Shown piece by piece: positions 38,850-51,752 of a DNA stretch of 64,000 nucleotides. Numbering within the stretch: the stretch's first letter is position 1; each line of letters begins with the position of its first letter. A program made the position numbers and the translations under genes. Origin of the DNA: Camelus dromedarius (Eukaryota); contig NC_087437.1 of the NCBI RefSeq assembly GCF_036321535.1, positions 55,678,001 to 55,742,000 of the forward strand. Reading direction: 5' to 3'. The notes beneath the pieces are model-generated. The model ran no database searches, was not told where the DNA came from, and worked only from the letters and a program-made list of their open reading frames with translations.

Positions 38850-39010
38850 AATCTGAGGTCCACTGATGAGCTTCTGGAGATTCCATGAATTGTTTGCATG
38901 TGAAACTGTGGCAAAAGTGTGTGCAGATGTGTGCGTTTTTCTGAGAGCATCGGTAAGTTTCATCAGATTTTCAAAAGGGTCATGATCCCAGAAAGGATAA
39001 GTAGGTCCTA
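38850..39010. mobile_element. hAT-Charlie-type MITE, preceded by MIRs (about 38520-38840)
   Basis: Charlie-type end tttcatcagattttcaaaagggtcatgatcccagaaaggataag. Confidence 0.6.
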
Positions 39011-40554
39011 GAGTACCTGCTCTTTGTGGCAGTTAAGATTTTTTTTTTAATGTCTTCAGGCCACACACAGGAGAAGTTTCTGTCTCAAATTTTCAGAAAA
39101 CCATTTCCAGCAGTTCATCTTCTTGTTAAAGAAATATTTATACTGAATGGTTCCCTTGAGATAGTATCAACTACGTTATGGGATGGGGAATTGAAAAAGG
39201 AGAAAGTGGTGGCTATCAAAAACAGATGAGGCTGGTTTCTTTTCTAAACTTTTATATATTGTGTCTTTGTATTTTCATCAAGGTTTCATCCTTGGGTTTT
39301 TCATCTCCAGCGTGTTGGTAATCCTTGTCTTCTTTCCTCTATCTCACCACTCCCCTTGCCACAATGAGTAACCCAACAAGTTAGTGCCCTTAGAATGAGA
39401 TGACATGGGTTTAAATTCAGGCTCTGCCACTGGCTAGTTCTGTGACCTTGGGAAATTTACCTTTTCTTTTCAGATTTCCAATCTCCTGGAAAACCTTTCA
39501 GTCAAATGAAATAAAATGCTTTCTATTATGTAGGTAAAAATCAGCTATACATACAGAATCCAACAAAACTGGTGCTGAATAGGCAAAGTATGTGTTGACT
39601 TAATCTGCACATCTGCCATCAGTCTAATGAAGGTCAGGCTCTCCATGAGAATGGGGTTCTGGCTCTGCTATAACTTGTTGTTTATCATTGGACCAGTCAC
39701 TCTCCTTCATCCCCCATCTCAGGACCTCTGTTTCTTTATCCAAAAGTTAGGGCCATTAAAGCAAATAGTCTCACCTTTATTTCTAGCTCTAACATTCTGT
39801 GGTCTCTCCAGCTGTCAGTGAAGTCTCAGTGGACCTGTGAAAATTGTTGTTCCCCCACAACATGGAGGAACAACATGATTCCCCCACAGCCACACCTGGG
39901 AGAACTTCCTATAGACATATTTCTTTGAATTGATCTTGGGTGATACCCTCACAGCCCAAGAACTGAGTTCCTCAAGAAGGAACCCAAACCTGGCTGGAAT
40001 GAGGGGGAGTGAGGAATGAGGTCTTAAGACTGTTCCTGGCATGCTTAACTGTTCTGCTCTGTCCTCCTTCTCCTGTGTCCAGATCCACTCACTGTACTAT
40101 TTTTATTGAATCCCTCTATTAGTGTAGTTTCCAATAATTACAGAACTATTTTTAGAGGTTAATTCTGTACGATCCCTTGCTATTTTCAACTAGAATTGGA
40201 ACATATTTCCACATGTTTAAAGTTTGTCCCGATGATGTTTGCTTGACCAGACTCTTGAACCCAGTGTGGTGTTTAATAGAAAGTTAACTGGAGTCGGCAG
40301 TATTACTAATTTTCAGTCTCTGCTTCATCATAACAAGCAAATTACAAAGTGATTTAAATCATTTCCAGTATATTAATTCATATAACCTTCTCCTTAACTA
40401 CCAGACGCACAGAAGCTTAACTAGCTATCCACTTCACCATAAGAATGTATTTCTAACACTAGTATTTGATTGATAAACACCAGCTATGATTTGATACTGT
40501 GGTGACTCAGTATTTAAAACCTTACTGAGTTCATCTCTATATACTAGCATTATC

Positions 40555-40935
40555 TTTTTTCCAGTTTTATTAAGATACAATTGACATGTAATAATTTACA
40601 TGTTTAAGGTGTACAATATAATAATTTGATATATGTATTTATTGCTAAATGATCACCACAATAAGTTTAGTTAACATTTATCATCTAACGTAATTAGAAA
40701 AAAAATTTTTCCTTGTGATGAGAAATGTTAAGATCTACTCCCTTGGCCACTTTCAGATATACACAACGGTTTTCTTAGCTATAGTCATCATGTTGTTCAT
40801 TACATCCCCAGAACTTACTTACTTTGTAACTGGATGTCTGTTCCTTTTGACCACTTTTACTCAACTCCCCACCTCCCACCCCAGACTCTGGCAACCACAA
40901 ATCTGATCTCTTTTTCTATGAATTTGGGTTTTTTT
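40555..40935 (-). mobile_element. L1MA9-like 3' end
   Basis: Motifs ccagttttattaagatacaattgaca, gtttaaggtgtacaa, aatgatcaccacaataagtttagttaaca and tggcaaccacaaatctgatctc. Confidence 0.88.
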
Positions 40936-41839
40936 TAAGTTGTTTCCTTAGGGACTTGACATTCACTTCAACAAATATAAAATACTTTTGAAAATGTGGA
41001 AGTATCCTTCCCATTTTGTATTGGGGTAGGAAAGGAGGCTGGAGACTGCATTCCAATGATTCTGAACTATTGAGTTGAATTCAAGTACCATCAATTAATT
41101 ACCCAGTTGTCTGTTTTTTTTTTTTTCCTTCTACAACAATGATGTAAAAAACTCCAGGATGACTAGATGTTAGTAGCTATACTTCATCAATATAGTTTTG
41201 AGTGAAATCTTTGAGTGAAATAGAAAAAAAAAAAAGTAGTGTTGTATATATAAAAAATTCTAGAGTTGGCAAAACTATAAATCTGGACATTTTGACACAG
41301 CTTTATGCATACCTGCATTGATTGTATTGAAAGTCACCTATTTAAAATTTTAATGTTAAGTGGCTAATTAAGCTTGAGTTATGGCACCTTACAAAAATAT
41401 TTACCAACGTGGATTTTAGCTACTAAAGGAATGTATTTTAAGTCATCCCAGCTTCAACAGTATCTGATTTTAGAAACAGAAGAGTTATGCGTGCTGATGC
41501 TGTCTGGTGACTAGGGAACACTTGTCTGATTGCAGGGCTGAGTAGATAAATCCCCTTGTACCTTTTAGAAGTCTTAGTCGCTTAATCTGCATGGACATTT
41601 GAAGTGTCTGGAGTGAGACTTGATAAAAGGTGGATCAACAGGTTGTGCGGTAACTCGAGGTTAAATGCCTGCCCAGAGGCTCCTAAAGATGATTCTTTTG
41701 ATTCTTCTAATTGAGGTTGTTAAACAGCAGCCATAGGAGAAGCACTGTGATGAGCGAAGACTAGCAGGATGGTTTTCTGATACGTCTCCATCTTAAGTAA
41801 TACGGTCTTGATGAATAAAGGTGCCGTCATTCACAGATT

Positions 41840-43262
41840 TTGTTTCAATTAGCATGTATTGAACACCTCATCCTGGGTTGGGCACAGTGTTTGTGCTCCC
41901 CTGTGCTCTGTCTCATTTGGTTCTCACAACAGCACTGCTACTGAAGCTCTATTATTATCTCAAAATTACAGATGAGAAATGGAAGCCCCACATGGTGAAG
42001 ACCAATATGTAACATGGTGATTTTCTAGTTGCAAATGCAGGAATGCCAGTATGGGGTAAGTAGATAGATATCCTGGCTCAAATGTGGTATCACCATGGAG
42101 GACCAGAGATTCATGGGTATTACTGACTGGGCAGCCATGACACAATAACATGTCTTATGCCCCTTGATGTGGTCAGGGTAGATCTTCCACATTCATCTAA
42201 TACTGATGTGCTCTACTGAAAAGAGCTGATCCACAGAGAACTGGAAGCAAGTCTTGTCTAGGAGCACTGACTTCCCCACTTCTTAAAGTTAAGGTAGTGA
42301 GTTCTTTTACACCCTCTAAATCTTCCAAGGATAATCTTAGGAAGGATTATGGTGATGGTAATGATCACATTATTCCATTCTAGGATCATAAGAAGGCTTG
42401 GGTCATATGACTGCATTCCAAATCTTTTTGACAGTTAATATAGCACCAACGTGATGTTACTAAATTGTGCTTAGGCAGATTACCAAGGTCCATCCAAACC
42501 AGAAATCCTGTGATTTGTGATTTCATAAAGGGTAGTTAAGATTGGTTTCCAAGTTTTCTACAAAGAGAGAGAAACTTTGAAACTAGATATTGGAACTATG
42601 TTTACAAATAGTGGGAAGATGAAGTATGGGGCTGTTATCTTTCCATGTCTTATGATAAAGTGAATTAAATAACAAAGGTTTTAAAGATGAGTCTAGTTTA
42701 AAACTGCTTGCTCCCTCTTGATGTAAGCTTATTAGCTGCCTAGAGTACATTATTCAATCTCTCCAGGACTCAGTTTCTTTAACTGTTAAAAAAAAAAAAA
42801 AAGAAAAAAAAAAAAAGATAACATTGTATCTGTCTTATATGGTTAGTGTGAAGATTAAACGAGCAAATGTATATGAAAGTGTTTAGAGTCTAGCACAGAA
42901 TAAGTCTCAGTAAATATGATTGATCACTAGTATCAGTATTGTATTGTACTTCAAGGAAGCCTTTGTGTTACAGGGAGATGACTCCAGTAGTTTCTTCTCA
43001 AGAGTTATGTGTGTCAAAAGGGAAGGAAGAAATTTGCCTATTTCTGTGAGGATCTGAAAGCTATGAAAATTCCTCTCTCGGGATTTCTACAAAGTTTGAT
43101 AGATGAATGGCGAGTCTTTTAGAAAAGGGATAAAACAGAAATTTAAGTCAGGCATGTCCAACATGAATGAGAGCTCAGGGAGAAGTCCAACTGATTATGG
43201 AAAACCATCTTTCAGGATGCCAGAGCTAAGGGTGTAAGACTGATCTGTAGTAACATGAGGAT

Positions 43263-43293
<31 letters not shown>

Positions 43294-44880
43294 ATTTTTA
43301 AGCAAAGCAGGGAATGCGGTAGAAATAAAAACAGTAATTATTTAGATAATATTTACTCCTATGGAGAATAAAAATAAAAACAAAGCAAAACAAAACAAAT
43401 CACAAATTCATACTGTCCAGTGGAAAAGCCTAGACTTATGCTTATTTACAGGGAGCCCAATCCCTGCTGTCATTTCCTAGATAATGAACTTGGTCGAACT
43501 GCTCACTGTCTCTACACTCATTTTCTTCTTCTGCCAAGTGGGGGTGATAATGCCTGGCCTACAGTCACGGTTGTTCAGTCCTGTTAGTTGCCTGCATTCT
43601 TTGAGTCTGAACTCCCTGTCTTGATTTGGTGCTAGGATTTTTTTCTTCTTCTTTTCTCATGCAGATCAACACCACATGCAGGATTTAGCCTTAATGATCT
43701 GAGTAAGTGGGCCTAATCCAAAATTCTGTCTGTATGAAAACCTTCTTTGCAGGTTTGAAATTCCGGAGTACAAGGGCATTGTTTTATGGGGCATCCCTAA
43801 TAGTTTAGGGTTGGCTAAAGAAAGCTCCTCAAATTAGCCCTGGGGACTTTTGCTCGAGGATTAATCTTGCCATGTGGCCTTTGGGAGTTCCTTGGAACTG
43901 GAGCTGCATTAGTGGGTTGGTTGCTAAGCTTCCAATGGGCTTCTTGTTGTTTTAGTAGCTTCCCTGGAAGAATTAAAGGTTTTAACAGAATGTGAAACAT
44001 CAGACAGAAACTGTAGGGAAGATTTATTGACAATGAATCTCAACTTTCTGAAAGTTCACTTGAAACCAACTTCCTTCTCAGTCAAAATGATTCAGATCTG
44101 AAACCCTCCGGGGGCCTCTCAGGGACTTTAGAGCATTAGGGAGCTTTTTAGTTGCTGTCATAGATTATCTCTCCATTGTTTCTTGACTTGTTGAGGGGAG
44201 ATTTGATTGGTACGTCGGCTTTTCCCTAGGGCCTTAAATTCTTCTCCCATTCAGAAGATAAGTAGGACTCCAGGATGCATTCCACAAAGGCTTCTCCCCT
44301 GCGTGGATCCCAAGGCAACCAGCCCGAGCTGTGCCAAGGGTCTAATGAGCAGGGCAGATGTCACAGGGAAAGAGCCAAAGGAAAAAGACCAGGCTGAGTG
44401 GTGCTGGGCGTTGCTGTGGCTGCCACTCTGTTTTTAGCTAAGTACAGAATCAAGACTGAGTGGAGAGAGCGAAACACACAGACTTGAATTTGAGTCTTTG
44501 CTCTGTCACTGGAAACGTGATCTTGCAAAACTTAAACTTCTGTCATGCTTCTTTGCCTCTTCCATAAAGTGCGCTGAGTAATTTCTGTCTTGAAATGTTA
44601 TTGATATTATCAGAAATAATACAGGTATGAAGGAATAGTAGGAAGCGGACAAGTCACGTCATTACCACCAGGTGCGGAGCACTGACTCACGCAGTGTGTG
44701 CCAGGCATTGTCGCTGTGCTCCATGTGTATTTTCACATCTCAGCTTCTTGAAATCTACAAAGTGGGTGTCTCATTTTGCAGATGAGAAGCACTAGAATTG
44801 GTGAGGTTAAGTAACTTTTTTCCACCCAGCTGTTGAGTGGTGCCACCAGAACTGGCAACAGGACTGACTCACAAACCCCT
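41840..44880. mobile_element. Dispersed MIR SINEs (about 41840-42090, 42700-42930, 43420-43570, 44450-44640, 44680-44880)
   Basis: Repeated MIR cores: ttacagatgagaaa, ctcagtttctt and cattttgcagatgagaagcact...gaggttaagtaactt. Confidence 0.7.
43263..43287. repeat. (CA)n microsatellite
   Basis: Directly visible in the sequence. Confidence 0.95.
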
Positions 44881-45829
44881 CTCACTGCTGCTGCTTGCCT
44901 GGGGCTCAAACCAAAGTTCTGTCTCTATGACAAGGAAAAGAATAGGCGAGTGGCTGCCCATCTGAGCAGGGTTTGCGTGAGATGTGAAAGGAGGGATAGA
45001 GGGCCGAGTTGTTTAAGGGCTTTAAATAAAAGTCATTTTCAGAAAGCCAGTTCCTTACGTCTTGATGCCAGGAAGAGTCAGGAAGTGCACCAACGCTGTC
45101 TAGTTTGGTCACACCGTGACCATGACTTATCCAGAGTCACATAGGTCAGTTGTTGGGAGTAACTATATATTTTAGGACTTTGAGACATGAAAAGTGGGGA
45201 CCATGAAATCAAACAGATGTGGGTCGCATGTCTCAGTAAGTGTTAAGGACTTCCGTTCTAGTTAGTGTGCAATATATATGTCTTCAAATAATCAGTATTA
45301 AGTCAAAATGAATCATTCTGTAAAATGATTCCATATAGTGACATTCTAATTTGTAACAGGAATGTCAAAACCACAGGAGTGGTATCACTGTTTCTAAGGG
45401 GTTGGATTTACGAATTTCTGCATATTTCCACTGAAGAAAAGAAGTAACTGCAAGGCACTGCTGGGGAGTTTAAAAAAAAAAAAAAAAAAAACCCTATGCC
45501 TTGCGAATAAACAAACAATGAATTTGCTCTGATCTCAATCACTGCAGCCTTGAGCAAGGAAGTGTCCCTCTGTGGGGTCTCAGTTTTGTTACTGATGAAA
45601 AGAGAGGGTTAGTTGGTCTATTTTTTATCTCCCTTCCTCCTTACTTCTGAACTTTTCTTTTTCAAATGAAATTTGACTGGAAAACAAAAAGACAACTTAA
45701 ACAAAAACAAGCTGAAACGCTACTGTTGATGAGATGGGGGAGAGAAACACAGATGAGAAAGCACTGGACAAGATTATTACTAAGGCCTTTTGCCCTCTAA
45801 CATTCTACAATCTGTTAACCTAGGAGGTT

Positions 45830-46080
45830 CCAATCCTGGCTACACATTAGAATTGCCTGGGGAGTTTGTGAAAAATACTGATACCCTGACCCAACCTCTA
45901 AAGATTCTGATTTAATAATTTAATACACCTGGTGGGGGGGGGTTGTGCACTGGTTTATATACATTTATATATGCGTGATATATATATTTGATTTAGATAT
46001 ATACACACAGACACATATACACACACACACACATTTTTTCACAGCTTTCCCAATGATTCTAATATGCATACAGGGAGTTA
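45830..46080. mobile_element. MER5-family MITE with an internal (TA)/(CA) expansion
   Basis: Motifs atcctggctacacattagaattgcctggggagttt, agattctgatttaat and caatgattctaatatgca. Confidence 0.7.
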
Positions 46081-46262
46081 AACAAACATATTAATTCTCA
46101 GACATACCCGTTCTGCACAATCTCCCCATATGAATTTTTAAGATTAAATATTTAAGTACTTAGCATATTTCGATAAAATGACTGGAAACATTTCAACATT
46201 TGTATACTTTTGAAAGACATTCTTATAGGGCAAGTGACTGTCTTAATCTCCTAGAAACTTCT

Positions 46263-46263
<1 letters not shown>

Positions 46264-46316
<53 letters not shown>
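46264..46316. repeat. Perfect (AC)26 microsatellite
   Basis: 53 uninterrupted alternating A/C bases. Confidence 0.98.
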
Positions 46317-46319
<3 letters not shown>

Positions 46320-47329
46320 CTGTATTTGTATATAAAAGAAAAAATATGTATGTATGTACTTCAGTGTTCTCTTCTTCATTCTTCCCTTGCTGTCGGTGTT
46401 ACCTAACACGTGTCACCTCTATAATTGATGTTTCACCTGAGCACAGAACTGCTGTTCGCGCCCAGAGGGGCCATGCCTCCCATCCTTGAGTTAAATCAGA
46501 ACCTCTAGTGGGCTTGGAGAGCTTGTTGAGTTCATAAAAACAGATATAAGACAGAATTTTGTGTCTGGAAAATTGAAAAGGAGCCTACTGATTTCAAGAC
46601 CCTGGGTAAAGGAAAATCCTCTTGGGGGTACATCGGATTCTCCAGGCATGTGGAAGATTTTTTGTATGCCAAAAGGTTTAGATCTGAAAGGAGATCATTT
46701 GCCACTTTAAATTGCTCACATCAGGGAGCACATATTGGTCTGCTGTAGCTAACATTATCCTGGCAAGAAAATAGACCCGTTTGCCACTGTGACCTTAGCC
46801 CTCCTATCTTCTGCCTGTGGGCCCTCAGCTTCTTGTGACATCCAGCCACACATCTGATGCTGGTGTACTTCTCAGCCATCCAACGCCAATACATCAGATC
46901 CAGGATTACCTAGATCCTACACATCATCCAGGTGGAAGGGAAAGCTCTCTAAGACCAAGGAACATAGGTTACCACTAGCTTTGATCAAACCGATAAGATA
47001 GGGCCAGAGAGAGGGCTTGAAACATTGCCTAAAGCAGCAGCAGCCCTGACACCAGACCTCTGCTGCTAAAACAGGACCCCAAAGAGGCCCCCGGAAGGAA
47101 TCACTCTCCACATACTGCGTAATTTCTTGTACACACAGAAAGATCCACAAACTGTACATAATGTCTCACTTCATTTTGTTTCCTTATGATTCCTTGAAAG
47201 TACTCTCTTGCTGGCCCACTTTCATAAGATTTTAGCGATATAGAAGTGGGCGAAGCATTTTAGCTTTGCTGATAATTGTTGTCAACATTGATCGCATTTT
47301 AGAACCATACTGTGATCATTTTTAATAGC

Positions 47330-47790
47330 ACAGTTTTATAATATCAGCTAAAAACAGATTTTTTAAAAAGCCTCTATGTTTTATCACTCCAGCAAATTAA
47401 ACATTTCTATTTTCCAGTTCCCTTCCAATATCTAGTTAGATGCTTGCATAATATTTGAATAGCTGTAACCACAACACAGATAACACTGTATAACTTAAAT
47501 GTATCATATATGCATTTTCCTGAATTTGCCACAGTGATCATTTTAAGGACTGAATATAATTTTACTGTGTAGATTTGCCAGCATATACACTAAATACCAG
47601 TCTTATATGTTGATTTTAGGTGAGATACATACTTTTTGCTAATATTAACAATTCTGTAGTCATGATCTATATACATTCATACATTCATGTATTTTCCTTG
47701 TTTTGAAAATTTTTCTTTGGAAATAACCTCAGGTGTAGGTTTGCTGTGTCAGAGGGTAAGGATGTATTTATGCTATAGCATATGTAAATT
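47330..47790 (-). mobile_element. Old L1 3' fragment
   Basis: Degenerate antisense L1 motifs: actgaatataattttactgtgtagat and ggtttgctgtgtcagagggt. Confidence 0.6.
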
Positions 47791-47954
47791 TTTGCTCTTT
47801 TACATATTTCATAGCACAACCTTGTTAGGCAAATGCCACTAATTTGAAATTTAGATTATTATCCTGGAAAATGATTACTCTTTAAAGACATAATAGTGTT
47901 CTAAATACAAATACTAATATCATAAGTATTATAAGAACTTATAAATTACAAATC

Positions 47955-48840
47955 TGAAATGCAAATCAAAACCATGAGATATTACCCCACCTCTGATAGA
48001 ATGGCTATTATATAAACAATAAGACGTAGTAAGTGTTGGCAAAGATGTGGAGAAAAGGGAACCCTTGTGCACTATTGGTGGGAATGCAAATTGGTGCAGC
48101 TACAATGGAAAACAGTATGGAAGTTCCCCCCAAAATTAAAAATAGAATTACCATAAGATCCAGCAATTCTACTCCTAGACATTTATCCAAAGAAAATGAA
48201 AACACTAACTTGAAAAGATGTATCACTCCCATGTTTATTGCAGCATTTTTTTAAAATAGCCAAGATATGGAAACAACCAAAGTGTCCATCAACAGGTGGA
48301 TGAATGGATAAAGAAAACACACACACAATGGAATATTACTCAGCCATAAAAAAGAATGGAATCTTGTTATTTGTGACAACATGGATAGACCTTGAGCACA
48401 TTATGCTAAGTGAAATAAGTCAGACCGAGAAAGACAAATGGTGTAGGCTCTAAAAACAAAAACAAAAACAAATAAACAAAAGCTCTCAGACACAGAGAAC
48501 AGATTTATGGTTACCAGAGAAGAAGAGTAGGAGAGGGGAAAAGGATGAAGGGATTCAAAAGGTACAAACTTTCAGTTATAAAATAAATAAGCTATGGGGA
48601 TGTAATGTATTGCATGGCAACTATAGTTAATAATACTGCATTACATATTTGAAAGTTGGTAAGAGAGTAAACCTTAAAATTTTCATCACAAAGGAAAACA
48701 ATCCTGTAACTATGTATGGTGATGGATTACTGTTGTAGTGGTCATTTTGCAGGATACACCAATATCAAATCATTATGTTGCACAGGTGAAACTAATTAAT
48801 ATATGCCAATTACACCTCATTAAAACATTTTTAAAAATAA
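47955..48840 (+). mobile_element. L1MA9-like ORF2 end and complete 3'UTR
   Basis: Motifs gaaatgcaaatcaaaacca, gggaacccttgtgcactattggtgggaatgcaaattggtgcagc, ggtacaaactttcagttataaaataaataag and caattacacctca. Confidence 0.92.
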
Positions 48841-48944
48841 GTAAAGCAAATTTAAAGCCTATATTTAAAACTTTCATGAGTTGTACTGTGCTTATATAAG
48901 TAGAAATTTATTGCTAATTAAAAATGGACCTTAACTATTCTTTA

Positions 48945-49285
48945 GAGTAGCCTTTCAATCTTTTTTATCACTAGCCCATAATAGAAATATGCTGTTTATG
49001 TAGCGTGTATGCTCTGTGCACACACACACACATACACACATACACACATAGACACATCAATATCTGTAAGTTGAACTAAAAAATTTCATGAAACAATCCT
49101 CACCCAGACTACATGCAGTGGGATCTGGTGTACCTGTTCCATTGTGATTTATTTCATTCCAGAATCATCTACTGTGTGCTTTCATTCTCTCTCCTTCTCT
49201 TGTTCTTTCCTTAAGCCAGCTGTAGCCCATTACATTGGTTTCATGCTCTCAATTAGCAGACCAATAAATACTCTTTGAAAGCTGC
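48945..49285. mobile_element. hAT-Charlie MITE (MER119-like)
   Basis: Internal (CA)n, then tttcatgaaacaat.ctcaccc, cccattacattggtttcatg and tttgaaa. Confidence 0.6.
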
Positions 49286-49689
49286 CTTGCCAATATGCAT
49301 TATGTAGAACTTAAAAATGATCTACCAACATTGAATTCATATAACTACATGTACTGTCTTTTAACCACAATCTATCTTTCAGTTTCCTTTTTTGTTCATT
49401 TAGCTGGAATCCGATTTTTGGTTCTGTCACCTGTACATTTTATACCAAAATCTAAACTCTGACTCATGGCATATAACAGCATTCCATGTGGCTGCTTAAT
49501 TTCTTCTCTGGCTTGAATAAATCTAATCTCTGAGGAAACATTCAATGGCATATGCTTACTAAGGTATGTTATGCCAAAGTAGCTAGTATGCCTGACATAA
49601 AGGAGACATTCAAAGCATGTTTGCTGACCACAAATGAACAGATTATAAAGGGGAGCATAAAGAATACTTATGATTTTTTTTCTTAGTGA

Positions 49690-49845
49690 AGTGGTGGATT
49701 GCATGCTTAGCATGCACAAGGTCCTGGGTTCAAGCCCCAGTTCCTCCATTAAAAAAATAAATAAATAAATAAGCCTAAATACCCCTCAAAACATAAACAA
49801 ACAAACAAACAAACAAAATTACCTCACCTACCCACAAAAAAAAGA
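49690..49845 (+). mobile_element. tRNA-derived camelid SINE (Vic-1-like), 5'-truncated
   Basis: agtggtggattgcatgcttagcatgcacaaggtcctgggttcaagccccagttcctcca with a B-box, then an (AAAT)n/(AAAC)n tail. Confidence 0.85.
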
Positions 49846-51537
49846 GTAAGAATATTTGCAGTAGGCTGGCGAAAGGCTTAAATCCCCAGACCACCTGGCA
49901 CTCAGAGATGCAGATTTAGTCATTGACTCCTTCGTTACCACTACTTTAGTAGACTACCGTGAGCATTGCTTAAACTCCGAGAAAGTAGCATACTATGCAA
50001 GAAATAATAGTCACTTATTAAAATATTCAAAAATATAATTACTACTTGTAGACTTCTTTTTACCCACAAATTGCTCTATGGCTCAGAGATACCGATAGAA
50101 CAGTGGTTATGAACCTTTCCATTGTTCAAGAAATTGTAGAGTGCCAACCAATCTTTTTCACATATTCCTACAAAAGCAATCTCTCACATATGCAGAACGT
50201 GTTACTACAGTATGTCTTACCACATATCCCCATGGAGTCACATGTCCCCATGTAGTTATTTACTGTTCACCTTTGTTTCTCCTTTCTTCCTTTATGTCCG
50301 TTTTAACCCATGATGGTGTAGTGCATTATTTATCTTGTACATTATTTAAATTTAAAACTTAGCTGAAATATAGATTTTTTTCCCCCACATGATTAAGTCG
50401 GTAATTATTATTTGGCTTTATTGAAAACAAGGAAGAAACAATATTATATAAACTACTACTTTCCTCTTTTTGGTAGGATTTACATGTGCTTTTGTAACAA
50501 ATTATTGTGATATTTTCCTACTTTCAATCAAAGTAGCCTTTTTTAATTCCCAAAGAGTTGAATTCATAAGTTAGTTATAGCTTTGCTTTACAAGACTTTA
50601 GCAAACATCAAGATTATATTTCTATCTAAGCTTTTCATTATTCTTTTGTCTTAATTTTTTTTTCTTTTTCCATTATAGGGACAAAATCTAAAACTGAAGT
50701 ATAATGTTAAAACTTTAATTTGTCTTTATTTTAAATCACTCTTTACTTAATGTAGCTTTATGTTATTTATTCTTAATGGAAAAAGTAGCAAACAGAACAT
50801 TGATTTTTTTATTGTTGTTGATGTTTTATTTGAGAATTACAGTTGCTTTTTTGTTTGAGACGTCTTTAGTAAATATTTTTGTGGATCACTGACTTTGTCA
50901 TTGATTTACAACTCCAAAGAGGATACTCTGAGGCCACATAATAAAGGGAAAGCTACAGTGAGAGGTCACATAACTCAAGGATTGTAGTTCTCCTTTAAAG
51001 GTTTGGGCCTTACAACTTAACCTCTGTTCCCATTTTCTTTATCCCCACGATGGATAAAGAAAATGTGACCTTGCTTATATTTTATAGGAATATTTTGGAA
51101 ATGAATAAACATATATGTCAATAAGTGCTTTGAATTCTTGAAATAAAGGCAGTTATCATATCATTAACTTAGTAACAGCAAGAAGAATGGGTTGAGTGAC
51201 ACTTGGATATCAATACTTACTTGAGTCTACTATGTTTTAAAAAGTGCCTATATACAGTACTAACGTCATGGAGATCTGTGTGTGTGTTGGGAAAAAGTGG
51301 TGCAGGAGGAAAGTAAAAGAGAAAACATACACCGAGTCTCCCTATGTGCCAGACCTTGTAAATACACTTTCTCAGATAATTCTCCCAACCACCCCGCTGA
51401 GTATATACCATTATCCCCATGTTGTAGAGGATGAAAATGCTCCTATGCTCATGTCTCCCAATTGATGAGTTCCTAAGCTAGGATTTGAACCCAACTATAA
51501 ACTTCAGCTCTGCCGGACATAAGATTTCTCAACTTTC

Positions 51538-51752
51538 TTTTCTTTCTTCCTTTTTATTTTTAAAGCATTTTTAATGACTCTTTTTTTTGAAGCAGTCTAG
51601 TTTTATTTTATTTTGGAGGAGGGGAGAAGCAATTAGGTTTGTTTATTTATCTGTTTATTTATTTATTTATTTATTGGTGGTACTGGGGATTGAATCCAGG
51701 ACCTCATGCATGCTAGGCATGCACTCTACCACTGAGCTATACTCTTCCCCCC
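51538..51752 (-). mobile_element. tRNA-derived camelid SINE (Vic-1-like), full length
   Basis: The minus strand reads GGGGAAGAGTATAGCTCAGTGGTAGAGTGCATGCCTAGCATGCATGAGGTCCTGGATTCAATCCCCAGTACC, then an A-rich tail. Perfect 17-bp TSD AAGATTTCTCAACTTTC (51521-51537/51753-51769). Confidence 0.92.

Noticed and set aside
43150..43170. p53/p63 half-site AGGCATGTCC, also AGGCATGCCT at 8839-8848
   Set aside because: No properly spaced second half-site; lone half-sites are common by chance.
46400..47160. Unique, moderately GC-rich stretch considered as a processed pseudogene
   Set aside because: No recognisable protein homology, poly-A tail or TSD.
48008..48254. Overlapping ORFs on both strands, also the 156-aa ORF at 23951-24421
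   Set aside because: Typical spurious sense and antisense L1 translations.
51675..51750. tRNA-like sequence with A and B boxes
   Set aside because: It has an A-rich tail and a 17-bp TSD, so it is a SINE head and not a tRNA gene.
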